A DNA stretch of 64,000 nucleotides from positions 3,307 through 67,306 of the forward strand of contig JBOIDR010000002.1 of NCBI GenBank assembly GCA_050740695.1, in the 5' to 3' direction. A program made the position numbers and the translations under genes. Source of the DNA: Gammaproteobacteria bacterium. GTDB taxonomy: Bacteria; Pseudomonadota; Gammaproteobacteria; JACCXJ01. Below the pieces are notes generated by a model. The model did not search any database and was not told the origin of the DNA. It worked only from the letters and a program-made list of their open reading frames with translations. This document shows, piece after piece, positions 39,723 to 49,933 of this stretch (within the stretch, counting starts at the first letter, position 1; each line of letters opens with the position of its first letter).

Positions 39723-41015
39723 TCATTCCGCCAGCTCTCTCAGCCGGCGCTCGAGAAACCGTTGCTCCGGCTCCTGCTTCGTGAGGCCGAGGGCGCGTTC
39801 GTAGGAGGTTCGGGCTTCGGTCGTCCTGCCCAACCGCCGGCACAGCTCCGCCCGCGCCGAGTGCGCCAGGTGGTAGTCCGCAAGATCGCCGCGCGCGAGG
39901 ATGGCGTCGATAAGGGCAAGACCCGCCAAAGGGCCGTCGCGCATCGCCACCGCCACGGCGCGGTTCAACTCGACCACGGGTGACGGATCGGCCCGCGCCA
40001 GCAGGTCGTAAAATCCGACGATCTGGGCCCAGTCCGTGGCGGCGGCGTCGGGCGCCTGGGCATGCACCGCCGCGATCGCCGCCTGGAGCGTGTAGGGGTC
40101 GAACCGCCGCGACGACAGCGCCAGCTCCGCCAGCGCCAGCCCCTCGGCGATCTGATCCCGGTTCCAGAGTGAGCGATCCTGGTCCGCCAGCAGGACTAGC
40201 TCGCCCGCGGACGAGCTGCGCGCGGCGCGCCGCGATTCCTGCAGCAGCATCAGCGCGAGGAGTCCAAGCGTCTCGGGCTCCGGTACCAATTCGATCAGCA
40301 ATCTTCCTAAGCGGATCGCCTCGCCCGAGAGATCGTGTCGCGTCAGCGACGCACCGGACGACGCGGAGTAGCCTTCGTTGAACACGAGGTAAACCACGCG
40401 CAGCACGCTGTCCAATCGATCCGGCAGATCGGCCACCGACGGCACCTGATAGGGAATGCGCGCGTCCCGGATCTTGGCCTTGGCGCGAACGATACGCTGG
40501 GCGAGCGTGGGCGCAGCGCTCAGGAACGCTCGCGCGATCTCCTCGGTCGTGAGGCCACACACCTCGCGCAAGGTCAGCGCTACCTGGGCCTCCGGGGGCA
40601 GGGCTGGATGGCAGCAGGTGAAGATCAGCCGCAGTCGGTCATCTTCGACACCCTCGTCGTCCCACGCGACGGCGTCTTCGGTGGCAGGATCGACGGGTTC
40701 GGCATCATCGTCCAGCGTGTCGAAGCGGGCACGGCGTCGCAGGGTGTCGATGGCCTTGAAACGGCCGGCCGAAATGAGCCACGCGCGGGGATTCGCGGGC
40801 ACCCCATCCCGCGGCCATTGCTCCACCGCTGCTCTAAAAGCGTCGTGCAGCGCTTCCTCGGCGAGGTCGAAGTCGCCGAGCAGGCGTATCAGGGTAGCGA
40901 GGACGCGGCGCGAGTCGGAGCGGTAGACGGCGTCTACCGTCTCGCGCACACGCAGGACGGCGTCCTCGCTCATTGGCGGAGCGCTCGAGACCACTGAGGT
41001 TGAGCTCCACGACAC
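39723..41015 (-). CDS. ECF-type RNA polymerase sigma-70 factor with a long C-terminal TPR-like extension.
   Basis: Sigma2 region (RVLATLIRLLGDFDLAEEALHDAF), sigma4 region (LREVCGLTTEEIARAF), and about 230 aa of extra C-terminal helix-rich sequence. It is co-directional with the two yciI-like genes. Confidence 0.7.
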   Translation of the reverse strand: MSWSSTSVVSSAPPMSEDAVLRVRETVDAVYRSDSRRVLATLIRLLGDFDLAEEALHDAFRAAVEQWPRDGVPANPRAWLISAGRFKAIDTLRRRARFDTLDDDAEPVDPATEDAVAWDDEGVEDDRLRLIFTCCHPALPPEAQVALTLREVCGLTTEEIARAFLSAAPTLAQRIVRAKAKIRDARIPYQVPSVADLPDRLDSVLRVVYLVFNEGYSASSGASLTRHDLSGEAIRLGRLLIELVPEPETLGLLALMLLQESRRAARSSSAGELVLLADQDRSLWNRDQIAEGLALAELALSSRRFDPYTLQAAIAAVHAQAPDAAATDWAQIVGFYDLLARADPSPVVELNRAVAVAMRDGPLAGLALIDAILARGDLADYHLAHSARAELCRRLGRTTEARTSYERALGLTKQEPEQRFLERRLRELAE

Positions 41016-41467
41016 TCGGCCCGAACCGGCACTTTAATTCTCGTAGCGGTCGTGGTGTCTGACCCAGGACATGGTGAAGGGCAGGGTTGCCTCGTCGCGG
41101 CCTTTGGGCACGAGGTCGAGGATATGATATGTCGAGAGCGCGCGTAGCAACGAATAGGGATGGTAGACCTCCGCTGCTGCTATCGCGATGGAAGGCGCGC
41201 ATGTCCGCCGTCTCGTGGCTCGGGAACCGGCGTTTCTCGAAATTGTAGAACACGTCCCGCCCCCCACGGACCACTCCCTCACCGACCGGCCCGTCCAACG
41301 CGACGCGACCGGTTGCAAAACCGCGTTGAACTTCTTATCCCTTTTTGGGCTTACCCTAAAGCATGAGGCTTGAGCTTCAATATCATACGCCACGCCGGAC
41401 CGATCGGGGATCGGCGCTATGTTCCATCGCGGCGCGTGCGGCATGAAGGGCGCGAGATCCGGCATGC

Positions 41468-41640
41468 ATGGCCAACGAGACCTTCAAGGACCTCGAGAAG
41501 CTCGAATCCGACCTCTGGGAGGCCGGGACCACCTCCGCGCCAACTCCAAGCTCACCTCCAGCGACGTGATCTTCCTGCGGCACGCCGCCAACCGCTTCGC
41601 CCGGGACGGATCCAGAAGAGGTCCCAGCGGAAGCCGAGCC
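41468..41640 (+). pseudogene. Type I restriction-modification HsdM N-terminal fragment, frameshifted and truncated.
   Basis: MANETFKDLEKLESDLWEAG, then after a +1 shift ANSKLTSSDVIFLRHAANRF. Together they match the HsdM N-domain pattern. Confidence 0.4.
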
Positions 41641-41983
41641 CTTCGGGCGCCCATGTGGGTGGCAACGCCTGAGCCCGGATGTTGGCATAGAGCGAGGCGA
41701 GGAGGTGCTCACCGCGCTGGTGGTGCCAGGCGTTGAACCACACCGACCGGCAGCCGCGCCCGCGCAGATCCTCGTAGAGCAGGCCCATGAGCGTGCTCTT
41801 GTCGCTCCCCCACTCCCCCGTCACCGTGATTGTGAGCTGCGGCTCGGTCTGGCGGTTGCGGAGGAACCGGGAGATCCCACGCGCGATGGCACCGAGATCC
41901 AGCGCGTCCAACTCGCCCGGCCGGAGCAGCCGGTCGGAGGCGAAGAGATCGGTGACCGAGACTGTGCGGCGCTCGACTGGCAC
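41552..41983 (-). pseudogene. KAP-family P-loop NTPase N-terminal fragment with a degraded Walker A motif.
   Basis: ITVTGEWGSDKSTLMGLL...VWFNAWHHQ. Walker A reads GSDKS instead of GSGKS. The gene is truncated to 143 aa. Confidence 0.5.
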
Positions 41984-42280
41984 CTCGCGCTGGGGGTTGC
42001 CGCACCCCAGTCGATGTCCGACTGCTGCTCCCAGCTCTCGCCGCCGTCGGCGCTATGGCGGATCAATCGACCGTCCCCGACCGCCCAAACGTGATCGGTG
42101 CCCTTCAGGGCAAATACACCGTTGAGGTTGCTGGTGATCACCGGCAGGCGCCGGAAAACGTTCTCTTCGATGGGTGTCGTGAGCCATTGCCAAAACGTCC
42201 GAGATTCGGCGGGCTCAAAGAGGTCGCGCAGCGGGGCGTAGCGCCACGACCAGCACGCCGCCCCAACGAAGACCATGAGA
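41983..42280 (-). pseudogene. BNR/Ycf48-like repeat protein fragment.
   Basis: GTDHVWAVGDGRLIRHSADGGESWEQQ is a BNR (SxDxGxTW) repeat. The frame is lost on both sides. Confidence 0.3.
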
Positions 42281-42479
42281 CAGGCGATCGCCGAATAGAG
42301 GAGACCGAGCCGGCGCGCCGGCCCCTGGGCGCTCGGTGCAGAACTCGCGGCGACTACGGGCCTCTCCCCTCTGCTTCTCCGTCATGCCGGCCCTCTTCTC
42401 CGCACGAATTTCACCCGCGACGCGCGTGGTAGATACAAGCGAAGCGACGGTAACGTCGTGCGCCGGTAAGTGGGATCCC

Positions 42480-42890
42480 GAAATTAACCGTCCCGGCCGG
42501 CTGCCAAGCCCTTTTCATTCCATACATGGATTGTACGGGATCCAGTTGCAGGGATGCCATCCACTGCGCTGGATTCCGGCCACTCCCTGGCGAAACAAAT
42601 GGGTACATACGGGGTGGAGGTCCTCGGGAAGGTCGATTTCGGCGAGTTCGCCGCCAACCTTCGGAACACCTCGTGGCGCCGCAACTCCTCATACAGCGTC
42701 CGACGACGACACTTCGGGATGAACACCACGTGATATTTACACTCCCACCTCGAGTGGCTTAGGCTTTGATACTCATCCATCGGGATCCTCCACAGTCGTG
42801 TGCTTGGCGGCTCACGACTCGGAGTTTCCCGGTGGACTCCCTCGTAATGTCAAACGGCTACTGCCTCCCCGGCAGAGCCGGGGATTTTCC
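42480..42890 (-). mobile_element. IS200/IS605-family element remnant. The tnpA is degraded after about 45 codons. Terminal hairpins are present.
   Basis: MDEYQSLSHSRWECKYHVVFIPKCRRRTLYEELRRH is the TnpA Y1 N-terminus (42645..42780). Palindromes AGTCGTG...CACGACT and CCCCGGCAGAGCCGGGG lie upstream of it. Confidence 0.55.
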
Positions 42891-43057
42891 CATCATAATA
42901 AAAACGGCTCCGCCAGGAAACGCCCGAGCGCAGGGGTGGATACCAAACCAGTACGAAACCCCGCTATCGCTTCGCCGTGGGTACCTGTCGGCTACAGGAT
43001 TGCGGGCGCAGCCCCCGTTCATTAGCATAGGGGGATCGCAGCCCGGGTCCTCTCCCG

Positions 43058-44008
43058 ATGCCCCCCTCTCCGACACCCCTGCGCATCGTCACGCGCCGAA
43101 GCCCCCTCGCCCTGCGACAGGCAGAGATCGTCCGGGCCGAGCTCATGCGCCGCCACGCCGGGCTCGACGTCGAGCTGATCCCGGTGTGGACCGAGGCGGA
43201 TCGCCGGCTGGATACCCCGCTCGCGCGCCTCGGGGGCAAGGGGCTGTTCATCAAGGAGCTGGAACAATGCCTCGTCGAGGGGCGCGCGGACCTCGCGGTC
43301 CACTCCTTGAAAGACGTTACCGTCGAGATGCCGGCTGGGCTTTGCGTACCGGCCGTCCTGGCGCGTGAAGACCCCCACGATGCCTTGGTCTCGCAGCGCT
43401 ACACGAGCCTCGACGCCCTGCCGAACGGGGCTCGCGTGGGGACCTCGAGCCTGCGGCGGCGTGCCCAGCTCTGTGCCCTTCGTCCCGATCTCGAGGTCCT
43501 GGAGGTGCGCGGCAACGTCGGCACCCGCCTCGCACGCCTCGAGCGCGGCGACTTCGACGGCATCGTCCTTGCTGTCGCCGGACTCAAGCGCCTCGCCCTC
43601 TCGGCCCGCATCGCTGCACCGCTCGATACCGAGATCATGTTGCCGGCCATTGGCCAGGGCGCGCTCGCGGTCCAGTGCCGCGCCGGGGACGAGCATGTCC
43701 TCGACCTCGTCGAAGCCCTCGACGACCCCGATACCCATGCCTGTACCGATGCGGAGCGGTCCTTCAACCGCCGCCTCGGCGGGGACTGCCACGTGCCCAT
43801 CGCGGGCCATGCGGAGTTGCTCGGCACGGAGCTATACCTTCGCGGGTTGGTGGCCCGACCGGATGGCCGCGAGGTGATCCGCGGCAGCGTACGCGGCCCG
43901 ACGACAGAAGCGCAGGCGCTCGGCATCGCCCTGGCCGAAGCGCTGATCGGGAGGGGTGCCGCTACGCTCCTCGCCGCGCTCGGCGTGGTCGTCTGCGATG
44001 CGGGCTAG
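43058..44008 (+). CDS. hemC: Hydroxymethylbilane synthase (porphobilinogen deaminase).
   Basis: LRIVTRRSPLALRQAEIV...GGKGLFIKELE...AVHSLKDV. Confidence 0.85.
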   Translation: MPPSPTPLRIVTRRSPLALRQAEIVRAELMRRHAGLDVELIPVWTEADRRLDTPLARLGGKGLFIKELEQCLVEGRADLAVHSLKDVTVEMPAGLCVPAVLAREDPHDALVSQRYTSLDALPNGARVGTSSLRRRAQLCALRPDLEVLEVRGNVGTRLARLERGDFDGIVLAVAGLKRLALSARIAAPLDTEIMLPAIGQGALAVQCRAGDEHVLDLVEALDDPDTHACTDAERSFNRRLGGDCHVPIAGHAELLGTELYLRGLVARPDGREVIRGSVRGPTTEAQALGIALAEALIGRGAATLLAALGVVVCDAG

Positions 44009-44840
44009 TGCCGGTGGTCCTCTGCACGGGCTCGGGGTCCTGGTAACCCGACCGGCCCACCAGGCCCAGGGGCTTCAACGGCTCATCGAAGCGGCCGGGG
44101 GCCGTGCGTTCCTGTTCCCCCTGCTCGATATCAAACCCTTGAACGATCCGAGCCGGGCGCTGTCCTGGATCCGGGACCTCGCCCGTTACGATATCGCGGT
44201 ATTCGTGAGCGCCAACGCGGTGGAGCACGGCCTGGGGTTAATGGCTCTGCACGGCGGGACGCTGGGGTCGATCGGGATCATCGCCGTGGGCAGGGCGACC
44301 GCCCAACGCCTAGAAGAGCGAGGCATCGCGGGCGCCGCTGTCCCGAGCGTTGCGAGCAGTGAAGGCGTGCTGCGCCTCGATACGCTCGGGGCGGACCGGA
44401 TCGCCGGTAAACGGATCCTCATCTTTCGCGGGACGGGCGGCCGGGAACTCCTGGCCGAGGGCCTGCGCCGCCGCGGGGCGCTGGTGGACTATGCCGAGGT
44501 CTACGAGCGCGCCGTGACCGAGGTCGATCCCAAGCCCTTGCTTGGCCTCTGGGATCGGGGTGAAATAGGGGCCGTGATTGTGAGCAGTTCCGCGGCCCTG
44601 GAGCATCTCCTAGCGATGGGCGCCGCGATGGGGCGCGAGCGCCTGCTCGATGTAACGCTCGTGGTCCTGAGCGAAAGGCTCGCTGCCCGCGCCCGGCAGC
44701 TCGGCTTCCGGCGCCCGCCGCTCGTGGCGACCGAGGCCGGAGACGCGGGCCTGTTCTCGGCATTGACGGCGTGGCACACGCGGCAAGAGCCCCTGGACTT
44801 TATCAAAGGCGTGGGGGCCACCGGGGTAGAGGACCCATGA
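43998..44840 (+). CDS. hemD: Uroporphyrinogen-III synthase.
   Basis: LHGLGVLVTRPAHQAQGLQRLIEAAGG resembles HemD. It overlaps the hemC 3' end. The start was chosen at MRASAGG. Confidence 0.75.
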   Translation: MRASAGGPLHGLGVLVTRPAHQAQGLQRLIEAAGGRAFLFPLLDIKPLNDPSRALSWIRDLARYDIAVFVSANAVEHGLGLMALHGGTLGSIGIIAVGRATAQRLEERGIAGAAVPSVASSEGVLRLDTLGADRIAGKRILIFRGTGGRELLAEGLRRRGALVDYAEVYERAVTEVDPKPLLGLWDRGEIGAVIVSSSAALEHLLAMGAAMGRERLLDVTLVVLSERLAARARQLGFRRPPLVATEAGDAGLFSALTAWHTRQEPLDFIKGVGATGVEDP

Positions 44841-46447
44841 ACGACGAATACCTGACGAGCGCCAAACCCGAAGGCGAGCCGGCCGAACCGCCGCCTCGAC
44901 CCCCGTCGGCAGACGCCAGTGTGCCCCCGCGGGATCGAGGGGAGGCCCCGGGACCGGCCCCGCTTTCGACCGGCGCGTCCCCGGAACCTGTGCGCGGTAT
45001 GACGGCCGCCCCGGCCGAGACGAAAGAGACGCCATCCGCGGGTCCGCGATGGCGGGCGTGGGCATTGCCCGCACTCTTCGTCCTGGCCTTGGTCGCGGCC
45101 TTCGCGTGGCGGCTTTTGGTCCTCTCCCAGACGAGCGCCGGGACCCAGAACCGCGTTGCCGAGATCGAGCCGCAACTGGACGGCCTGCGTCAAAAAACAG
45201 ATGCGCACGCCAAGACCGATACCGAGCAGCTCGCCCGCTTACAGGGCGCTGTGGAGGACCAGAAGCGCCTCCAGGAGGCGCACGGCAAATCCATCGAGAA
45301 GCTGGCGCTATTGACTTCACAGGATAGCGAAGACCTGATCTTCGCCGAGGTCGCCTACCTCCTCGGGATCGCGCAGCAACGCCTGAGCTTCGAGCGCGAT
45401 GTCCCGACCGCCATCCGGGCCATGGAGGCGGCCGATCAGCGCCTCTTGAACCTCATCCGGCCGGACCTCGACACGGTGCGGGCGGTGCTCATGGCCGACA
45501 TCAATGACCTGCGCGCGGTCCCCGTCGTCGATACCACCGGCCCGGCTCTGTATCTCGCCGATGTCCTGGAGCGCATCGATTCCCTGCCCTTCCAGGGCGG
45601 CCTATCGCGCGCATCCGAAGAGGACGCGGGCAAGCGCACCGAGGCGGTGCAAACGCCCCGGCCACCCGTCCAATCCTTCGACGAGGCCGTCGAGCGCGTG
45701 TGGAACGATCTGCTAGGGCTCGTATCCATCAAGCCCCTGGGGGCCGAGGACGCGCGCATCTTCGATCCCAACTTCCGCAAGCTCATCGAGCAGCAGATCC
45801 ACTTGGAGATCAGCAACGCCCGCTTGGACCTGTCACGCCGAGACGCGGCCGCATTCAAGGCGACGTCGGGGGTCCTGGCCGGGCTTTTCGAACGCTACTA
45901 CGATGGGACGGATCCGGCCGTCGCGAGCATCCAAAAGCGGCTCAAGGAGATGCAGGCCCTGGAGCTGTCCCCTACCATCCCCGATGTCGCCAGGTCCATT
46001 AAGGGGCTGCGCGAGTACGTGCTGGCCAGGCGCAAGCTTGAAACACCCGAGGCCCCGGCCCAGGGCGACAGCGCCGCTACACCCGACGCCGCCGGAGCGG
46101 AGGCGGGCCAGGGCGATGCCGCCGCCGAACCGGCGCCGGTCCCCGGCGATCGCGCCGAGGACCCCGGCGCTACGAAACCGGCTCCCGACGAGGACGACAG
46201 CGACGCGCCGGACGCGAACCAACAGACACCGGACCCACACGACAGCACTGCCCCGCCGGCGGGGGCCGGAACGGTCCCCGCACCCCCGATCGGCACGCCG
46301 CCCGAGGCGCCTGGAGACGATCAGGGAGACGATCAGATACATCCTGAGGCGGCCCCTGGCACCGTCATCGCGCCGGACGACACCCCAGCGGCCCCACCCA
46401 CCGCTCCGGGCGCGGGTGACCCAGAGACTCCCGACGCGGCGCCATGA
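44837..46447 (+). CDS. hemX: HemX-like membrane protein (uroporphyrinogen-III C-methyltransferase-annotated family) with a long Pro/Asp/Ala-rich acidic C-terminal tail.
   Basis: The position after hemD is conserved. A TM segment (WALPALFVLALVAAFAWRLLV) is followed by a coiled-coil. The start overlaps the hemD stop (ATGA). Confidence 0.7.
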   Translation: MNDEYLTSAKPEGEPAEPPPRPPSADASVPPRDRGEAPGPAPLSTGASPEPVRGMTAAPAETKETPSAGPRWRAWALPALFVLALVAAFAWRLLVLSQTSAGTQNRVAEIEPQLDGLRQKTDAHAKTDTEQLARLQGAVEDQKRLQEAHGKSIEKLALLTSQDSEDLIFAEVAYLLGIAQQRLSFERDVPTAIRAMEAADQRLLNLIRPDLDTVRAVLMADINDLRAVPVVDTTGPALYLADVLERIDSLPFQGGLSRASEEDAGKRTEAVQTPRPPVQSFDEAVERVWNDLLGLVSIKPLGAEDARIFDPNFRKLIEQQIHLEISNARLDLSRRDAAAFKATSGVLAGLFERYYDGTDPAVASIQKRLKEMQALELSPTIPDVARSIKGLREYVLARRKLETPEAPAQGDSAATPDAAGAEAGQGDAAAEPAPVPGDRAEDPGATKPAPDEDDSDAPDANQQTPDPHDSTAPPAGAGTVPAPPIGTPPEAPGDDQGDDQIHPEAAPGTVIAPDDTPAAPPTAPGAGDPETPDAAP

Positions 46448-47649
46448 GACTGCGATTCCTGATCGTCTTCGCGATCCTGGGCGCGGTGCTCGTCGCCTGG
46501 CTCTTCGGTCGCGACCATGGCCTGGTGGCCATCGCCTATCAAGGCCGACTGATCGAAACGAGCGTCAACGTCGCGTTGGTGGTGCTAGGCCTCACCGCGC
46601 TCCTCTGCTACGGCGCCGCACGTCTTGTTGCTCACCTCTGGTCCCTACAGCGACGGGTGCATGGATGGGCCCACACGCAGAAGACCGGCAAGGCCCGGCA
46701 GGACCTGGTGGCCGGCGCCATCGCCCTCTGCGAGGGCCATTGGCGCCAGGCCGAAGAGGCCCTGTACCGCAGCGCCGAGATCAGCGAGGCGCCCTTCCTC
46801 CATTACCTGGCCGCGGCCCGCGCGGCGCAGGCCCAGCGCGCCCACGAACGACGCGATCACTACCTCGATCTGGCCCGCGAAACGACCCCGAAGGCGGATC
46901 TGGCCGTGGCCCTGACATCGGCCGAGTTGCGCCTGGAGCACGGCGAGATCGCAGAGGCACGGGACGTCTTGCAGCGCTTGCGCTCCTTGCACCCGGCCCA
47001 CCCCGAGGTGTTGCGCGCCGCGCTCCGGTTCCACGTCGAACAGGGGGAATGGTCCGAGGTCCTCGACCTTCTGCCGGCCATGAGCAAGCGCAAGGCGCTG
47101 CCGGTCGAGGAGGTATCCGCGCGTCAGGTCGAGGCCCATGCGGGCCTGCTCAGGGCGGCCCAGGATCCCGAGTCGCTGGAAAAGGCCTGGGCAGAGGTCC
47201 CGACCCCGCTGCGCAAACGGCCGCCGGTGCTGTACGCCTATGCCTCGCAGCTGCAACGCTACGGCGCCGGATCGCGCGTCATACCCCTCATCCACAAGAC
47301 CCTGAAGACGGACTGGGACAGCGCGCTCTGCGCCTGTTACGGGACCATCGATGGCGGGGACACCGCCGCCCAGATCCGGGAGGCCGAGACGTGGCTCGCG
47401 GCGCACGGCGATGACCCGAGCCTTTTGCTCACGCTCGGGCGACTCTGCTACAAGAGCCGTCTATGGGGGAAGGCCTGCTACTACTTCGAGGCCAGCATCG
47501 CGCGCCAGCCCTACCCCGAGGCCTATTGGCTGCTCGCGCAGACCCTGGACCACATCGGCGACCCGGACCGCGCCGCCGAGAGCCGTCGCAAGGGACTCGA
47601 CCTCGCGACCCGTGTCCGCGAGGCGCAAGCACCCGCGGGGCGCCACTAG
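46444..47649 (+). CDS. hemY: HemY protein (heme biosynthesis-associated TPR membrane protein).
   Basis: Two N-terminal TM helices followed by TPR-like repeats. It completes the hemCDXY operon order. Confidence 0.8.
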   Translation: MRLRFLIVFAILGAVLVAWLFGRDHGLVAIAYQGRLIETSVNVALVVLGLTALLCYGAARLVAHLWSLQRRVHGWAHTQKTGKARQDLVAGAIALCEGHWRQAEEALYRSAEISEAPFLHYLAAARAAQAQRAHERRDHYLDLARETTPKADLAVALTSAELRLEHGEIAEARDVLQRLRSLHPAHPEVLRAALRFHVEQGEWSEVLDLLPAMSKRKALPVEEVSARQVEAHAGLLRAAQDPESLEKAWAEVPTPLRKRPPVLYAYASQLQRYGAGSRVIPLIHKTLKTDWDSALCACYGTIDGGDTAAQIREAETWLAAHGDDPSLLLTLGRLCYKSRLWGKACYYFEASIARQPYPEAYWLLAQTLDHIGDPDRAAESRRKGLDLATRVREAQAPAGRH

Positions 47650-47777
47650 CCCGCTCGATCGTCTCCCGCGCCTGGGTGGCCCCGGGATCTCGCGTGTCCC
47701 GCCGGCGTCTTCCAGGGACAGGGCCGGCCGGGATGGTTCCTCCTGCTATGATGCGGGGCTCCTCACACGGGTAGCGG

Positions 47778-48905
47778 ATGGGACGATGGTCGGACTCAGG
47801 CCAGACAGCCAGAGAATGGGCAAGCGAACACGGGACGGGATCGCTCGTGTTCCTTAGCGGGCTAGGGACGGCGGCGCCGCCACAGCGTTACAGCCAGGCC
47901 CAATGCTGGGAGGCGTTCCGGGCCTGTAAGCATTACCGCCGCCTGGGCCACCGGGCGCAGGTCTTGGTCGAGCAGGTGCTTCTGGGCGACAACGGGATCG
48001 CGGCGCGCCATCTGGCCCCCGCCGAGCTCCAAGAGGTCTTCGACATCAACCCCGACACGCTGCACCGGCGCTTCGCCGACCATGCCCCCAGGCTCGCCAC
48101 AGAAGCCGCTCTGCGTGCGCTCCACGATGCCGGCCTGAAGGCGGGACAGGTGGATGCGGTGATCGCCAGCACCTGCACAGGCTACCTGTGTCCCGGCATC
48201 ACGAGCTATCTCATCGAGGGTCTGGGCCTCCGCCCCGAGGTGCTGGCCTTCGACCTCGTGGGGCAAGGTTGCGCCGCGGCCCTCCCCAACTGGTCCATGG
48301 CCGAGGCCCTGCTATCGGCAGGGCGCGCCCGGCAGGTGCTGTCCGTGTGTGTCGAGATCTCGAGCGCGGCGATGTACGTCGATGACGACCCGGGCGTGCT
48401 CATCAGCGGCTGTCTCTTCGGTGATGGTGCGGGTGCGGCGCTGCTTTCGGCGCGGCCTCCCGCCGGCCACCGGCGCATCGCCTGGCGGAGAGGGGGTTCC
48501 ATGACCGATCCGGGCCGTCGCGACCTCCTGCGCTTCGAGCAACGCGGCGGCATGCTGCGCAACATCCTGACCCGTCCGGTACCGCAGCTCGCGGCCCGCT
48601 ATGCGGCCGAGGTGCTCGAGCGGGTGCTGAGGTCGGAGCAGGTCGCTCGCGAGGAGATCGGCGCCTGGATATGGCATGCCGGCGGGCGCGACGTCCTCGC
48701 CGCACTGCAGGAGCGGCTGGGACTCTCGGAGGAACAGCTCAGGTACAGCCGCGCGATGCTGGCCGAATACGGCAATCTCAGCAGCGCCTTCGTGTACTTC
48801 GTCCTCCAAGCGGCGCTCCGGGACCCGGCCCCCGGCGGGCACTGGTGGATGTCGTCCTTCGGCGCCGGCTTCAGTTGCCATGGCGCCCTATTGCGGGTGG
48901 ATTGA
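47778..48905 (+). CDS. Type III polyketide synthase / KAS III (chalcone synthase-like thiolase fold) family protein.
   Basis: GLGTAAPPQRYSQ, active-site Cys context STCTGYLCPG, GCAAAL, and C-terminal His/Asn region WIWHAGGRDVL...YGNLSSAF. Confidence 0.6.
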   Translation: MGRWSDSGQTAREWASEHGTGSLVFLSGLGTAAPPQRYSQAQCWEAFRACKHYRRLGHRAQVLVEQVLLGDNGIAARHLAPAELQEVFDINPDTLHRRFADHAPRLATEAALRALHDAGLKAGQVDAVIASTCTGYLCPGITSYLIEGLGLRPEVLAFDLVGQGCAAALPNWSMAEALLSAGRARQVLSVCVEISSAAMYVDDDPGVLISGCLFGDGAGAALLSARPPAGHRRIAWRRGGSMTDPGRRDLLRFEQRGGMLRNILTRPVPQLAARYAAEVLERVLRSEQVAREEIGAWIWHAGGRDVLAALQERLGLSEEQLRYSRAMLAEYGNLSSAFVYFVLQAALRDPAPGGHWWMSSFGAGFSCHGALLRVD

Positions 48906-48942
48906 GAGTTGGGTGGAAGAGTAATGAGTCGGCTCGCTGCGC

Positions 48943-49578
48943 TCATGCCCGGCTCTTCTTAGGAACACCTGCCGAGGTCGATGGCAACCCTGAGAGCCGT
49001 TCCTCAACCGTCTGCCAGTTGAGATTCGAGAAGAACGCTTCGATATACTTCGGGCGCTCCGCCGGTTTGTAGTCGAGCAGAAACGCATGCTCCCAGACGT
49101 CCATGACGAGCACGGGCATAAAGCCGGACACGTTTCCGACTTCATGCAACGTGACCCAGTGGTTAGACAACCGGCCGTGTACCGGATCCAGGTAGCAAAT
49201 CGCCCATCCGACTCCACGCATCTTGCCGACGCTGGTGAAGTCTGCTTTCCAAAGATCGTAGCTGCCAAAGCTCGATTCGACAGCCCGAACGAATGGTGAA
49301 TTACCGGCCGGATCCACCCCGCCGTCCCTCTTCAAGTTGCTGAAGTAGTATTCATGCAAGACCATGCCGTTATACTCGAACCCGAGACGACGCTTGAGCT
49401 CTGAGTAGGCTGGCATCTCTTCCTGGTCAACCCGACCGTCTTTCAAGATCTCTGCGATTGCCTCCGTCAACCGGTTGGTTTCCTTGACATAACCTTCATA
49501 AAGCTTGAAATGCATCTCCAGAGTCCGATCAGAGATGCCGTTGAGCCTGCTGAGATTTAACTCTCTAACTCGATACAT
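48943..49578 (-). CDS. Fe/Mn-type superoxide dismutase family protein (lower GC, about 52%).
   Basis: C-terminal DVWEHAFLLDY contains the Asp and His ligands. N-terminal EMHF and VLHEYYF contain His ligands. Confidence 0.7.
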   Translation of the reverse strand: MYRVRELNLSRLNGISDRTLEMHFKLYEGYVKETNRLTEAIAEILKDGRVDQEEMPAYSELKRRLGFEYNGMVLHEYYFSNLKRDGGVDPAGNSPFVRAVESSFGSYDLWKADFTSVGKMRGVGWAICYLDPVHGRLSNHWVTLHEVGNVSGFMPVLVMDVWEHAFLLDYKPAERPKYIEAFFSNLNWQTVEERLSGLPSTSAGVPKKSRA

Positions 49579-49933
49579 TTTCTCTACCTCCTTCTAGAAT
49601 CATTGACTTTTCTAGCGAACGCCGCCCCGTACCCGGCTCGAACAATCTCCGTGCCATCCCCAGCCAGCCAGAATTATCTTATTGTTCCGCCGATTAGGGT
49701 ATATATGGATCCAGCCGAAGTCTTTGCCGGGGTGAAGCTCTTACAAATGTCGGTAAGAATTACAGGGAGGTGCTCGCCAGATAATATATTCATGACCCGG
49801 TACTCCACGGCAAGCTAGAGCTGTAACACGATTACGCTCTCCTTTTTATCTGCTTCGATTTCATTCGTATAAGTTCGTCGCCTTAGTCTCTGGCTCCTTA
49901 CGGGGTGTCTCGTCCCTCGCCTCGGACAATTTG

